Assembly: GCA_035506195.1 (NCBI GenBank)
Contig: DATJPV010000030.1
Span: forward strand, 22,662 to 86,661
Origin: Patescibacteria group bacterium
GTDB taxonomy: Bacteria; Omnitrophota; Gorgyraeia; Gygaellales; Profunditerraquicolaceae
Direction: 5' to 3'
Length of the DNA: 64,000 nucleotides
The notes under the pieces were generated by a model, which saw nothing but the letters and a program-made list of their open reading frames with translations, had not been told where the DNA came from and searched no databases. The position numbers and the translations under genes are program-made. Positions 28,659 through 37,833 of the stretch are shown piece by piece. Every line of letters starts with the position of its first letter. Position 1 is the first letter of the stretch.

Positions 28659-28687
28659 GAAAAAAATCAACTCCGGCTGCGCCGGAG
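28658..28687 (-). terminator. Rho-independent terminator overlapping the stop codon of the GT39 gene
   Basis: Minus-strand RNA: CUCCGGC-GCA-GCCGGAG (7-bp GC stem) followed by UUGAUUUUUUUC. The UGA stop sits inside the U-tract. Confidence 0.6.
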
Positions 28688-30040
28688 TCGCAGCCGCGCG
28701 AAAAAACGAGCCAATCCAACGATGCCGATACCGGACAGGCTGATCAACGCCGGTAAGACCGGAACGCTGTAGCGCGGTTCCACATGCAGCGGCAGAAAGA
28801 CAACGGTCAGGTAGGCGCACAGGAGCGCAACCGGAGCCATCAGGTAGGCGCGGCGGCCCTTGCGGCCAAACACGTAAGCACACAGCGCAGTCGCGCAATA
28901 CACCAGCATCAATACGCCGGAAGGTTCCGGATCCCGGTACATGGGTATGCGGTTTTGATACCACAGGCGGGGAACCTTGAGGATCCAAAGCTTTAGAGTC
29001 TCCTGAGGCCTCCTCAAAAGCCTGCGCAATGCCAGGTGCGCATACCGGCGGTCTACGGAGGCCATCTCGTCGATGGTGCCGCTTTCCAGCATCTTCAGAT
29101 GGACGCGGCGTAAGGCAACGAACCCCTGCCTGTCTGCTTCGTCTATATATTCGATCATCTCGGGGATGCGGTTCCACCCGCGCCAATGGGCAGCGTCGAT
29201 ACAGGTGCCGAAATACAGGCTTTCTCCGATGCCTCCGGTCGAAATAAGCACGGGCCTTTTAAAGATCAGGTAATTCCTCGCCGACCAGGGCAGCACAAGC
29301 AGCGCCACGCCCAGGGCATAGGTTGCCGCCCAGCGCAGTGCAACCTTGATATCGCTCCTGGCGCTGCATAGCAAAAACCCCACGAATACGAACACAAAAA
29401 GCACGTATTCCGGCCGGGACAGCAGCACCAGCCCGAAGAGAACGCCGGAGCCAAAAAACCAGCGGCTGTCCCTTTTGCGCATACCGGCCACCGCAAAGAG
29501 GACAAAGGCAGAAAGCAGGAATGTGGTCAGTATCTCCGACAGCAAGACCCGGGTGAAGTAGATGCTGTAGGGGCAGATGCTGTAGAGCCCCGCAGAAATC
29601 AGGGGCATTATCAGCGACCCCGGATAGATGACCCTGACGATAAAAAATACCAGCACACAGCAGGCCGTATCAAGAAAACACTGCGCCAGGCGGACCTTAT
29701 CCCACATCCGGTGCCAGGTATAGACCGAGAGGCTATCCGACGGATTATGAAAGAGCGCAAAGACCGCTGCCATAAAAAACGGATATGCCGGGCCACGGCT
29801 GAAAGCAGGCGTATACGCGACCGTACCCTTGAGCCGGTCGTATTGGTCTACCGCAAAGCCTTTGCCTGCGTACATATTGCAGGCCAAAGTATTATAGAGG
29901 AAGGAATCGACAAAGGTGCCCAGACCGAAGTTGCCCTCTTCGGGGACGGCGATCAGCGCATGCACCCGCAACAGGAAGCCCAGGCATACGACCACAGCCA
30001 GTCCCATACCGGAAATCACCAGACGCCTGCGGCCCGTCAT
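28667..30040 (-). CDS. GT39/GT83-like (ArnT/PMT-type) polytopic membrane glycosyltransferase
   Basis: About 12 predicted TM helices and an ArnT/PMT-like N-terminal region (lipid-linked sugar transferase fold). 457 aa. Directly downstream of acsB with a 9-nt gap. Confidence 0.6.
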   Translation of the reverse strand: MTGRRRLVISGMGLAVVVCLGFLLRVHALIAVPEEGNFGLGTFVDSFLYNTLACNMYAGKGFAVDQYDRLKGTVAYTPAFSRGPAYPFFMAAVFALFHNPSDSLSVYTWHRMWDKVRLAQCFLDTACCVLVFFIVRVIYPGSLIMPLISAGLYSICPYSIYFTRVLLSEILTTFLLSAFVLFAVAGMRKRDSRWFFGSGVLFGLVLLSRPEYVLFVFVFVGFLLCSARSDIKVALRWAATYALGVALLVLPWSARNYLIFKRPVLISTGGIGESLYFGTCIDAAHWRGWNRIPEMIEYIDEADRQGFVALRRVHLKMLESGTIDEMASVDRRYAHLALRRLLRRPQETLKLWILKVPRLWYQNRIPMYRDPEPSGVLMLVYCATALCAYVFGRKGRRAYLMAPVALLCAYLTVVFLPLHVEPRYSVPVLPALISLSGIGIVGLARFFARLRLRRSRS

Positions 30041-30049
30041 TGTCGGCCT

Positions 30050-32233
30050 CTAGACTAGTGGGTCCATATGCAATGCCGGATGGTCTACTTTCTGCAAAAA
30101 GGCCAGCAGCTCTTCGGAGCTGGTAGCCTGCGTTTCATCCGCGATCTTATCCAGAAGATCCGGTTCGCCTATGTCGCCGGCGACCTTGCATATTTTATCG
30201 TGGAGAAGTTCTTTGAGTTCCTTGGGCATCCAAACCAGCCGCCGCAAGCCCCCCTCGGCAGCGATGAACTTTTTGCTGACGACGTAAAGCTTGCCTACCC
30301 CCAAGAAACCGGGGGTCTGTACGCCGCCGCCCACAGAGCCGGCCAGTGTAGTAAAATTCATCCCGCAGGGCGTCATCCCCGTGTAATCGCGATGCACCAC
30401 CATCACGCCGCCTGCCTCCGGCACGATGGCCACTATGCACTCAAAACAGCCACAGGATGACTGCGGAGAATCCATCAGGGAGTACATGCTTACCTTCTCG
30501 ATGGTCTTGTTCGATTTGCCGTAGAGAAAATCATTGACGTTTTGCCACTGGCCTAAGCGCGCGTCGAGGGTTTGGCCTTTCAGGATGGGCTGATTAGGGC
30601 CGGTAGGGACGATCTCGTAGGAGGCCTTGGCGTCAAGCCAGGAATACGCGCCGCACAGGCCCAGGCGTTCCGGCGTAATGATACAGACATGATTGGGCGC
30701 AAACGACTGGCACAAAAGGCAGGAGTAAAAGGTATCCACGTTTTCATCGGTCATTCCGCTGATGCGCTCATCGCGCGCATCATAGGTCTTTTGGGCTTCT
30801 TTGAGCAAGCGCTCCACGTCCGCCTGTACCGTATAGAACTTGATCTGGACCTTATCAACGATTGCGCTGTACTCCTGGTGCAACATGGCATGAAGGATCA
30901 CGCCGATATCCTTAAGGCGGAACCCTTTTTCAAAGGTGTCTTTGGAGATCCTGATCCAGTTCATATCGCGCTGGCCGACATGCATGATACCCATCGCGTA
31001 ATTGACGAAACGGTGGATCTGGCGTTCAAGGATCGGCTCAAAATCTTTCTGCATCTTCCGGCCGGCGACTTCGACGACGATCGCCAGCGGCATCGACTTC
31101 TTGCCTTTCTCGAGCCGGTCGATATCGTTGCCGATGATCTCGGTCTTGCCGTCCTCGACCTGATCGCCGGGTTTTGTGGTCAAGTATTCGAATGCGCATC
31201 CGCCCTTGCCTCCGAACTCGACGTAAAGGTTCTCCTTACGGACGCGCTCTCCCTCAAACGCCGCTGCATAAGGGACCGGTATATCGATATTGGTCACTTT
31301 CACTTTCAGGCCGCGCGTCTGAATGCAAGTAGCGGCCAATTTCTTATAGTCTTTTTCGGTAACGAGGGCCTCGTAAAGGGTCGTGTCGATCTTGGGCAGC
31401 TGCGGGACTTCCAGGTCCGTGATAATGGGGAATCCCATGGCCAAGACGCCCAGACCGGTAGCGACCAATACCTCGTCAACATGCCCCAGCAGCACCACAA
31501 ATGCCGGGACCTTTTCCTTCGTATAGCTCAATATCTCCTGCCACTGGCCGCTCTTGTAACCGCCGTACATTAAAGGCGCACGGACCGCCCAGTTGACCGC
31601 GTAGATTGCCGATAAATAATCGTCTCCCAGCGGCACGATGTAATCTTCAAGGCCCATCTCTACTTTTTTATTCTCCAGTTGCTTACGCAATGAATTGCCG
31701 TTGACGTTGCCTACCAGTATGCTTACGATGCTCTTGCTCTGCAGGTCCCGGATCAGCTGGACCGCGGCGTCTTCGTCCTTGGCCGGCCCCAGGATGACCG
31801 CAATGCCCACGATCCTTCCGTCAACCAGCTGTATCCCCAAAGAACGCAGCAGCGTATCCGACAAAAAACCTGCGTAACCGGCCTGCGGGTGTTCGTTATG
31901 CAGATACTTAAGCGCGGCCAGTATCTCTTCGCACAAAAGCGTTGCCAAGCCGCGGTTAAGGATCCCCCCCAGGGAATCGATCTTCAGGCCGCTTGCAGCA
32001 GCTTTATTCAGGCTGATCTTCTCGATCTCTTTCAAGACCAGGGCGCAATCGCCCAGGGTCTTGGCTTCCACTTTTAACAAGGCGTTGATAAGCGGCAGAT
32101 AATAGTTGGTCTGGCCGAAGCCGATTGCCTGCGATGCCCCCTTCTCCTTGATCGCCTCGTCTATGGCCTGGCGAGTGATCTTTAATACGGCATCGGCGCC
32201 TTGAGTACCTAGCTTGACTAACAACTCTGACAT
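30050..32233 (-). CDS. acsB: Acetyl-CoA synthase catalytic subunit (CODH/ACS complex subunit, A-cluster protein; bacterial AcsB type)
   Basis: 727 aa, collinear with bacterial AcsB. Matches: TDENVDTFYSCLLCQSFAPNHVCIITPERLGLCGAYSWLDAKASYE; the SCGCFEC Cys-Gly-Cys Ni-ligand motif plus the upstream Cys cluster; the GMTPCGMNF...GGGVQTPGF...KIADET C-terminal region. Confidence 0.9.
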   Translation of the reverse strand: MSELLVKLGTQGADAVLKITRQAIDEAIKEKGASQAIGFGQTNYYLPLINALLKVEAKTLGDCALVLKEIEKISLNKAAASGLKIDSLGGILNRGLATLLCEEILAALKYLHNEHPQAGYAGFLSDTLLRSLGIQLVDGRIVGIAVILGPAKDEDAAVQLIRDLQSKSIVSILVGNVNGNSLRKQLENKKVEMGLEDYIVPLGDDYLSAIYAVNWAVRAPLMYGGYKSGQWQEILSYTKEKVPAFVVLLGHVDEVLVATGLGVLAMGFPIITDLEVPQLPKIDTTLYEALVTEKDYKKLAATCIQTRGLKVKVTNIDIPVPYAAAFEGERVRKENLYVEFGGKGGCAFEYLTTKPGDQVEDGKTEIIGNDIDRLEKGKKSMPLAIVVEVAGRKMQKDFEPILERQIHRFVNYAMGIMHVGQRDMNWIRISKDTFEKGFRLKDIGVILHAMLHQEYSAIVDKVQIKFYTVQADVERLLKEAQKTYDARDERISGMTDENVDTFYSCLLCQSFAPNHVCIITPERLGLCGAYSWLDAKASYEIVPTGPNQPILKGQTLDARLGQWQNVNDFLYGKSNKTIEKVSMYSLMDSPQSSCGCFECIVAIVPEAGGVMVVHRDYTGMTPCGMNFTTLAGSVGGGVQTPGFLGVGKLYVVSKKFIAAEGGLRRLVWMPKELKELLHDKICKVAGDIGEPDLLDKIADETQATSSEELLAFLQKVDHPALHMDPLV

Positions 32234-33126
32234 GTGGCCCTTCCTTTCTCAATGAGTGTAAGTATGTTTTGGGCAACCAGGGTCCCCTCTGCGCAGGCCT
32301 GATCCCAGCCCTTGTCGCAGGGGCCTTGAGCCTGCCTGACGCATACCGAACCGCAGGCAAATACATTCTCTAGATTAGTACGCATGGCGTCGTCCACGAC
32401 CACGTATCCTGCCGAAGTCGCGATCTCCGTCTCGCGCAAAAAATCCGTAGCGGGGGCGTTGTCTCCCGCAAAAACGGCAAGCGAAGCCCCGATGATCTTG
32501 CCGTTATCCAGCTTAACGGCTTGGAGCTCCCCTTCCCCGATAAACTCTTTGACCTGCACGCCGGCAATCAGCTCTATGCTCTGGTCTTGCGCGCAATCAA
32601 ACGGCTGCCGGCTGATGACTTTAACTTCCTTGCCCTTGGAGGCAATGGCCTGGGCAAGCTTGGCGCAAAGCGGCCGGCCTGCGATGACGCAGGCAACCTG
32701 AGAGATCATCAGCCTTTCCTTGATGCGCCGTATATCCTCAAGGCAATAGAAGGACAAGACGCCGTCCTTGCCCTTGCCGGGCACATCCGGCAAGGCCGGC
32801 CTGCTCCCCGAAGCGATGATCAGGTAATCGTAAGTTACCTTATCGTTATTTTTCAGCACCAGCCTCTGTTTCTTGGTATCCAGCCGCGATACTCCGGCGC
32901 CGGCGGCAAAAGTAATTCCCTTATCGCGGTAAAACCCTTCCTGGCATAAAAAAAGTTCCTTCTCTTTGATGTTGCCGAGAAAAAAGTCGGTTAACGCATT
33001 GCGATTATAGGCGGGGTATGATTCGTTGGAAACAACCGTTATCTCCGGGGAAACAGCACTGGCGGCTAATGCCTGACAGGCAGAAAAACCTGCAGCCGAA
33101 TTTCCGATAATGACGACTTTTGCCAT
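32218..33126 (-). CDS. Short (302 aa) FAD/NAD(P)-dependent pyridine-nucleotide-disulfide-oxidoreductase-fold protein (TrxR-sized) with a Cys-rich C-terminal tail
   Basis: N-terminal dinucleotide-binding motif (VVIIGNSAAG), a second Rossmann-like segment (ACVIAGRPLCAKLAQAIASKG), and a C-terminal FAD segment (NVFACGSVC). Tail CVRQAQGPCDKGWDQACAEG...ATCQSC carries 6 Cys. Overlaps the acsB start by 16 nt. Confidence 0.65.
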   Translation of the reverse strand: MAKVVIIGNSAAGFSACQALAASAVSPEITVVSNESYPAYNRNALTDFFLGNIKEKELFLCQEGFYRDKGITFAAGAGVSRLDTKKQRLVLKNNDKVTYDYLIIASGSRPALPDVPGKGKDGVLSFYCLEDIRRIKERLMISQVACVIAGRPLCAKLAQAIASKGKEVKVISRQPFDCAQDQSIELIAGVQVKEFIGEGELQAVKLDNGKIIGASLAVFAGDNAPATDFLRETEIATSAGYVVVDDAMRTNLENVFACGSVCVRQAQGPCDKGWDQACAEGTLVAQNILTLIEKGRATCQSC

Positions 33127-33128
33127 AA

Positions 33129-33998
33129 TTAAAGCGCGCTTGCGTCTAATACGCGGGGTACTATCTTATCCCAACCTATGGGCATGATGTGGATGCCTTG
33201 GCAAAGCGGTTTTAACTCTTTGATCAGGCGGCTGGCGATCTCTACGGATTGAGCGACCTTGTCTTTGGTCTCTTCCATCTCTTTGATGAGGTTATCCGGG
33301 ACAAAGACGCCGGCGACGTTCTTGTTCATATACTTGGCCATGCCTGCGGATTTCAATAATACGATGCCGGCCATCACGGGGACTTTGAAGTGCCTTGTCT
33401 TTTGTACGAAGTTTTCAAAGGCCTTAACGTCATAGACCGCTTGGGTCTGGAAGAACTCCGCGCCTGCGGCGATTTTTTTCTCCATCTTCAATAATTGAGG
33501 TTCAAGGGGGTCCGCGCCGGGGTTGACCACTGCTCCCATGCAGTATTTCGGCAGGGCTCCTGTCAGCTTGTTGCCGTTCATATCCTGCCCCTGCTGCAAT
33601 TTCCCGACGACTTCCAGCAGCTGCACGGAATCAAGGTCAAACACGGGTTTGGCATCGGGATGGTCTCCCAGGACCGGATGATCCCCGGTCAGGATGAGAA
33701 GGTTCTCGATGCCCAGGGCAGCGGCCGATAGTATGTCGGATTGCAATGCCAGCCGGTTCCTGTCGCGGCAGGTGACCTGGAATATGGGCTCAAAACCGTT
33801 TTGCTTCAAGAGGCTGCACACCGCCAGCGACCCCAGGCGCATCACCGAACTCTGCAGGTCCGTCACGTTGATCGCATCCACGCGGCTGCGGATAAGCTCG
33901 GCGTCCTCCAGGAGCTGTTTAGTCTCGATGCCTTTCGGCGGGCCAATCTCCGAAGTTACCAAAAATTTTCCTGCTTGGATCTTTTCTTTGAAAGTCAT
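33129..33998 (-). CDS. metF: 5,10-methylenetetrahydrofolate reductase
   Basis: MetF family. 289 aa, FAD-binding TIM barrel. Resembles the acetogen-type MetF from Wood-Ljungdahl clusters. Confidence 0.8.
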   Translation of the reverse strand: MTFKEKIQAGKFLVTSEIGPPKGIETKQLLEDAELIRSRVDAINVTDLQSSVMRLGSLAVCSLLKQNGFEPIFQVTCRDRNRLALQSDILSAAALGIENLLILTGDHPVLGDHPDAKPVFDLDSVQLLEVVGKLQQGQDMNGNKLTGALPKYCMGAVVNPGADPLEPQLLKMEKKIAAGAEFFQTQAVYDVKAFENFVQKTRHFKVPVMAGIVLLKSAGMAKYMNKNVAGVFVPDNLIKEMEETKDKVAQSVEIASRLIKELKPLCQGIHIMPIGWDKIVPRVLDASAL

Positions 33999-34013
33999 GT
34001 GCGCAAGCTCCGG

Positions 34014-34340
34014 TTATTTTTTAAAGATGAGGAAGACTGCAACGACGATCAGCGCAAAACCTGCGATATAATTCCAACGCAGGCTCTCTTTCAGATACAC
34101 TACCGAAAAAACGGAAAAAACCGCCAGGGTAATGACTTCCTGAATAGTCTTTAGCTGGGCGGCGGAAAACTGGTAATGCCCGATACGGTTTGCCGGGACC
34201 TGAAAACAATACTCGACGGAAGCGATCATCCAGCTTACCAGGATCGCGATCCACAAAGGCGAACTCTTGTACTTAAGGTGCCCGTACCAGGCGACGGTCA
34301 TGAAGATATTGGATACGAGCAAGAGGGCGACCGTCTTCAT
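34014..34340 (-). CDS. Small DMT-superfamily (EamA/DUF486-like) 4-TM membrane protein
   Basis: 108 aa, four hydrophobic helices, EamA-like half-transporter topology. 4-nt overlap with folD. Confidence 0.55.
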   Translation of the reverse strand: MKTVALLLVSNIFMTVAWYGHLKYKSSPLWIAILVSWMIASVEYCFQVPANRIGHYQFSAAQLKTIQEVITLAVFSVFSVVYLKESLRWNYIAGFALIVVAVFLIFKK

Positions 34341-35179
34341 CGCTGCGAAACCGCTGCCTCTACGACGTTACGCATGAGCATAGTGACCGTTAAAGGGCCG
34401 ACCCCGCCCGGCACCGGGGTGATCCAGGAGGCGCGTTTGGCTGCCTCTTCAAATTCCACGTCTCCGACTATTTTATCTCCCACGCGGTTGATACCGACGT
34501 CGATAACGACCGCGCCCTCCTTGATCAAGGTGCCTTTAATGAGGCCTGCCTTGCCTACGGCGACGATAAGGACCTCGGCCCTGGCGACGTGTTCCTCCAA
34601 TTTCTGGGCCTTGGAGGTACCGATATGGCAGACGGTGACCGTGGCGAGCTTCTCCAGCAACAACAGCGCCAGAGGCTTGCCTACGATTTCGCTGTGGCCG
34701 ACTACTACGACTTCCTTGCCGTATACGTCTATGCCCGTTTCCTTAAGCAGCTCCATGACCGCCGCGGGCGTACAAGGCAACATCGCGGCCTTGCCGAAGA
34801 CGATCTTGCCCATATTCGCCGGATGCATGCCCTCGATGTCCTTCTCGGGGCTGATAAACTGGCTTATCTTTTTGTAATCGATGTGGCCCGGCAGGGGCAT
34901 TTGGATGATGATACCGTTGACGCGGGCATCCGCATTAAGGTCGCGGATAAAGGCGGTCAGCCGGTCTTCGGTTGTTTCCTGAGGCAGCGTATGCAGGCGA
35001 TATTCGATCCCCAGGCCTTCGGCGGTTTTCTGCTGCGATTTTACATAGGCGGCTGCTCCGGCATTCTCGCCCACCATGACGCTGGCCAATACCGGCGCGC
35101 GGTCCAATGACTTGATCCTCTGCCTTATCTGTTCTTTGATCTTCTCGGCAACGGGCTTACCCTCTAATAATTTCATCAA
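34337..35179 (-). CDS. folD: Bifunctional methylene-THF dehydrogenase / methenyl-THF cyclohydrolase
   Basis: LASVMVGENAGAAAYVKSQQKTAEGLGI...GIIIQMPLP...VVVGHSEIVGKPLALLL...PVPGGVGP are FolD signatures. 280 aa. Confidence 0.92.
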   Translation of the reverse strand: MMKLLEGKPVAEKIKEQIRQRIKSLDRAPVLASVMVGENAGAAAYVKSQQKTAEGLGIEYRLHTLPQETTEDRLTAFIRDLNADARVNGIIIQMPLPGHIDYKKISQFISPEKDIEGMHPANMGKIVFGKAAMLPCTPAAVMELLKETGIDVYGKEVVVVGHSEIVGKPLALLLLEKLATVTVCHIGTSKAQKLEEHVARAEVLIVAVGKAGLIKGTLIKEGAVVIDVGINRVGDKIVGDVEFEEAAKRASWITPVPGGVGPLTVTMLMRNVVEAAVSQR

Positions 35180-35723
35180 CCCTCTCCTCTGTCTGTAGTC
35201 GTATCCTTTTTATCGCTTTTTCTTTGCGTGTCAATTCCTTCCTGACGGCACGGGCAAGCTTTTGGTCCCCTAATGACCTCAGATTTATTTCGACGTTAAA
35301 ATAACCGCTGACGAACGCAGACTCAAGAAGCACCGCCGCTACTGCCACATCGCTGATGAGGTTACGGTTGCCTTTGGTAATGAGGGCAGGGCATAACTTG
35401 ATCGCCTCAAAACAGAGCCGGGAAAGCATCAGGGGCACGTCCAGGGCCTGGCGCATATTTTTGCTCTGATACGCCACCACATCCAGATCCACCAGGTTAA
35501 GGAAGTCGCCGCGCAGCTTCTCGGATTCTTCCAGGATCCCGCATAGTTGCGCCTGGTACTTCTGGTATTTAGGTTTGCCCAAAGTAAAATTGACCACCAT
35601 ACTGATAAGCGAAACCCCCATGCAGGCGACAAGCGCGGCCGCAGAACCTCCGCCGGGAGCAGGCAGCTTTGCTGCCAGGTCGTCGGCGTACTTCTTCAAC
35701 GATTCATTCTGATATGTCGTCAT
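35157..35723 (-). CDS. fchA: Methenyltetrahydrofolate cyclohydrolase, FTCD-C (cyclodeaminase/cyclohydrolase) family
   Basis: PAPGGGSAAALVACMGVSLISMV matches the FTCD_C GGGS motif. 188 aa. Paired with folD as in acetogen C1 clusters. Confidence 0.8.
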   Translation of the reverse strand: MTTYQNESLKKYADDLAAKLPAPGGGSAAALVACMGVSLISMVVNFTLGKPKYQKYQAQLCGILEESEKLRGDFLNLVDLDVVAYQSKNMRQALDVPLMLSRLCFEAIKLCPALITKGNRNLISDVAVAAVLLESAFVSGYFNVEINLRSLGDQKLARAVRKELTRKEKAIKRIRLQTEERVDEIIRG

Positions 35724-35750
35724 TGGACTCTCTTTAGGTTAAAGTTACGG

Positions 35751-37445
35751 TTAAGATAACCCTACGATATTCCCCTTCGTATCGATATCGATATTCTCTC
35801 CGCGCGGATGCGTAGGCAGTCCCGGCATGGTCTGTATCGCGCCGCACAAAGGCGAAAGGAACCCCGCGCCGATAAACGCGCGGATATCCCGGATCGGCAA
35901 GACAAAATCGCGCGGCCGCCCTTTAAGCTGCGGATCGGCCGATAAGGACAGGGGGGTTTTTGCCATGCAGATAGGAAGCCTATCCCAGCCGCGCCGGGTA
36001 TACAGCGCGATCTTGGCTTCTGCCGCCTCCGAATATTCGACTGAACCGGCCCCGTAGACCCGGGTCGCGATACGCTCGATCTTTTCCTTGATCGGCGCCT
36101 CCGGGGGATAAAGAAAGCTCATTTTCTTGGGCCCCTGCGTCAGCTTGATAACGCTCTTAGCCAGCTCCAGGCCGCCTTTTGACCCTTTTGCCCAGACTTC
36201 GCTTACCTGGCAGTCATCCGCCCCTGCCGCATGCGCTCGCTTTTTAAGCAGCGCGATCTCTTTTGCGCTGTCGGAATCAAACCGGTTAATCGCCACTACC
36301 ACCGGCACGCCGAACAACTTTACGTTCTCGATCTGTTTCTCTAGGTTACAGATGCCTTTTTCCAGCGCATCCAGGTTTTCCTGGCTGAGACATTTCTCCA
36401 GGGGCCTGCCGGCGACCACTTTGCAGATATCTCCGTGCGCTTTCAACGCGCGCACAGAACAGACCAGTACCGCTACGTCCGGCTTGAAACCGGCAATGCG
36501 GCATTTAATATCGAAGAATTTCTCGGCGCCGCAATCTGCGCCGAATCCTGCTTCAGTAACGACATAATCCGAGAGGGCCAGGGCGATCTTGTCCTGGATA
36601 ATAGAGCTGTTGCCGTGGGCGATATTCGCGAAGGGCCCGGTATGCACAAAACACGGCGTGTTCTCTATGGTCTGGATCAGGTTCGGCTCTATCGCATCCT
36701 TGAGCAACACGGCCATGAGGCCGGCGACCTTGATGTCTTCGGTCGTAACCGGCTGGCCGAGGTCGCTTTCCGCCAGTACGATACGGCCCAGACGCCGGCG
36801 CAGGTCTTTGCGGTCGCTGCTTAACGCCAGCACTGCCATTATTTCCGAGGCAGCGGTGATGTCAAAACCGCTGTCCCGGGCAATGCCGTCCTGGTCGGTA
36901 CCCAACCCGATCCTGACGTTACGCAAGAACCTGTCTCCGATATCCACGCAGCGGCGCCAATAGATCTTATTGATATCGATCTGGCATTTGTTCTTGCGGA
37001 ACAAGCAGTTATCCAGGAATGCCGCGGCTATGTTATGGGCCAGGCCTACCGCGTGGGCATCTCCGGTAAAATGCAGGTCGAAATCTTCACGGGGCAACAC
37101 CTGAGAATACCCCCCTCCCCCGGCGCTGCCCTTGATGCCGAAGACCGGGCCGAGAGAAGGCTGGCGCAGGCATGTCGAAGTAACTTTTCCAAGCCTGTGC
37201 AGGGCCATGGAGAGCCCAATCGTGGTAACGGTCTTTCCTTCCCCCAGAGGCGTAGGGGTAATTGCGGTCACCAGTACATATTTACCGCCACGCTTATGCG
37301 CAAGCCCGCCCAGGAGGGAAAGGTCGATCTTGGCGATGTAGTCGCCGTAGGGAATAAGGTATCTTTTGGGGATGCCGAGCATAGCCGCGATCCGCGCAAT
37401 AGGTTTCTTCTTTGCGGCCTGGGCTATTTTGATGTCGGATAGCAT
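35751..37445 (-). CDS. fhs: Formate--tetrahydrofolate ligase (formyl-THF synthetase)
   Basis: 564 aa FTHFS: VTAITPTPLGEGKTVTTIGL, NLIQTIENTP, ADKAQ-region equivalents. Confidence 0.92.
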   Translation of the reverse strand: MLSDIKIAQAAKKKPIARIAAMLGIPKRYLIPYGDYIAKIDLSLLGGLAHKRGGKYVLVTAITPTPLGEGKTVTTIGLSMALHRLGKVTSTCLRQPSLGPVFGIKGSAGGGGYSQVLPREDFDLHFTGDAHAVGLAHNIAAAFLDNCLFRKNKCQIDINKIYWRRCVDIGDRFLRNVRIGLGTDQDGIARDSGFDITAASEIMAVLALSSDRKDLRRRLGRIVLAESDLGQPVTTEDIKVAGLMAVLLKDAIEPNLIQTIENTPCFVHTGPFANIAHGNSSIIQDKIALALSDYVVTEAGFGADCGAEKFFDIKCRIAGFKPDVAVLVCSVRALKAHGDICKVVAGRPLEKCLSQENLDALEKGICNLEKQIENVKLFGVPVVVAINRFDSDSAKEIALLKKRAHAAGADDCQVSEVWAKGSKGGLELAKSVIKLTQGPKKMSFLYPPEAPIKEKIERIATRVYGAGSVEYSEAAEAKIALYTRRGWDRLPICMAKTPLSLSADPQLKGRPRDFVLPIRDIRAFIGAGFLSPLCGAIQTMPGLPTHPRGENIDIDTKGNIVGLS

Positions 37446-37446
37446 G

Positions 37447-37827
37447 TTAATAGGTAAATTCCCGGCTTAATTCAAAAGCGCTCTTGATCAAGTCCAGCTT
37501 CAAAGAGCCCCCGTTATCCATGACGCTGACCACATCGAAGCGGGCCCTTTTATCCATTAACTTATGCGCCTTAAGATAAAAGAGGGCATTCTTGGAGATC
37601 TGCCTTTGCTTCTGCCTTGATACCGCCTCCTGAGGCAGCCCCTTTCGCGAAGAATGCCTGCTCTTTACTTCGATAAAGCAGAACGTATCCCCGTCCTGCG
37701 CGACGACGTCTATCTCCCCCAGGGGGGTGCGGTAATTTTCTGCGAGGATCTTGTATCCTTGTGCCTTCAGCAGCCCCACGGCGCTGTTCTCCCCGAGCTT
37801 GCCGAATATGACGTGCGCGTTGGACAT
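37447..37827 (-). CDS. yraN: YraN-family (UPF0102) endonuclease
   Basis: GEIDVVAQDGDTFCFIEVKSR. 126 aa. Confidence 0.8.
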   Translation of the reverse strand: MSNAHVIFGKLGENSAVGLLKAQGYKILAENYRTPLGEIDVVAQDGDTFCFIEVKSRHSSRKGLPQEAVSRQKQRQISKNALFYLKAHKLMDKRARFDVVSVMDNGGSLKLDLIKSAFELSREFTY

Positions 37828-37833
37828 GGCTTC

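Noticed and set aside
28647-29186. 179-aa minus-strand ORF in an alternative frame
   Set aside because: Lies wholly within the GT39 membrane-protein gene in another frame. Pro/Arg-rich and low complexity. Rejected.
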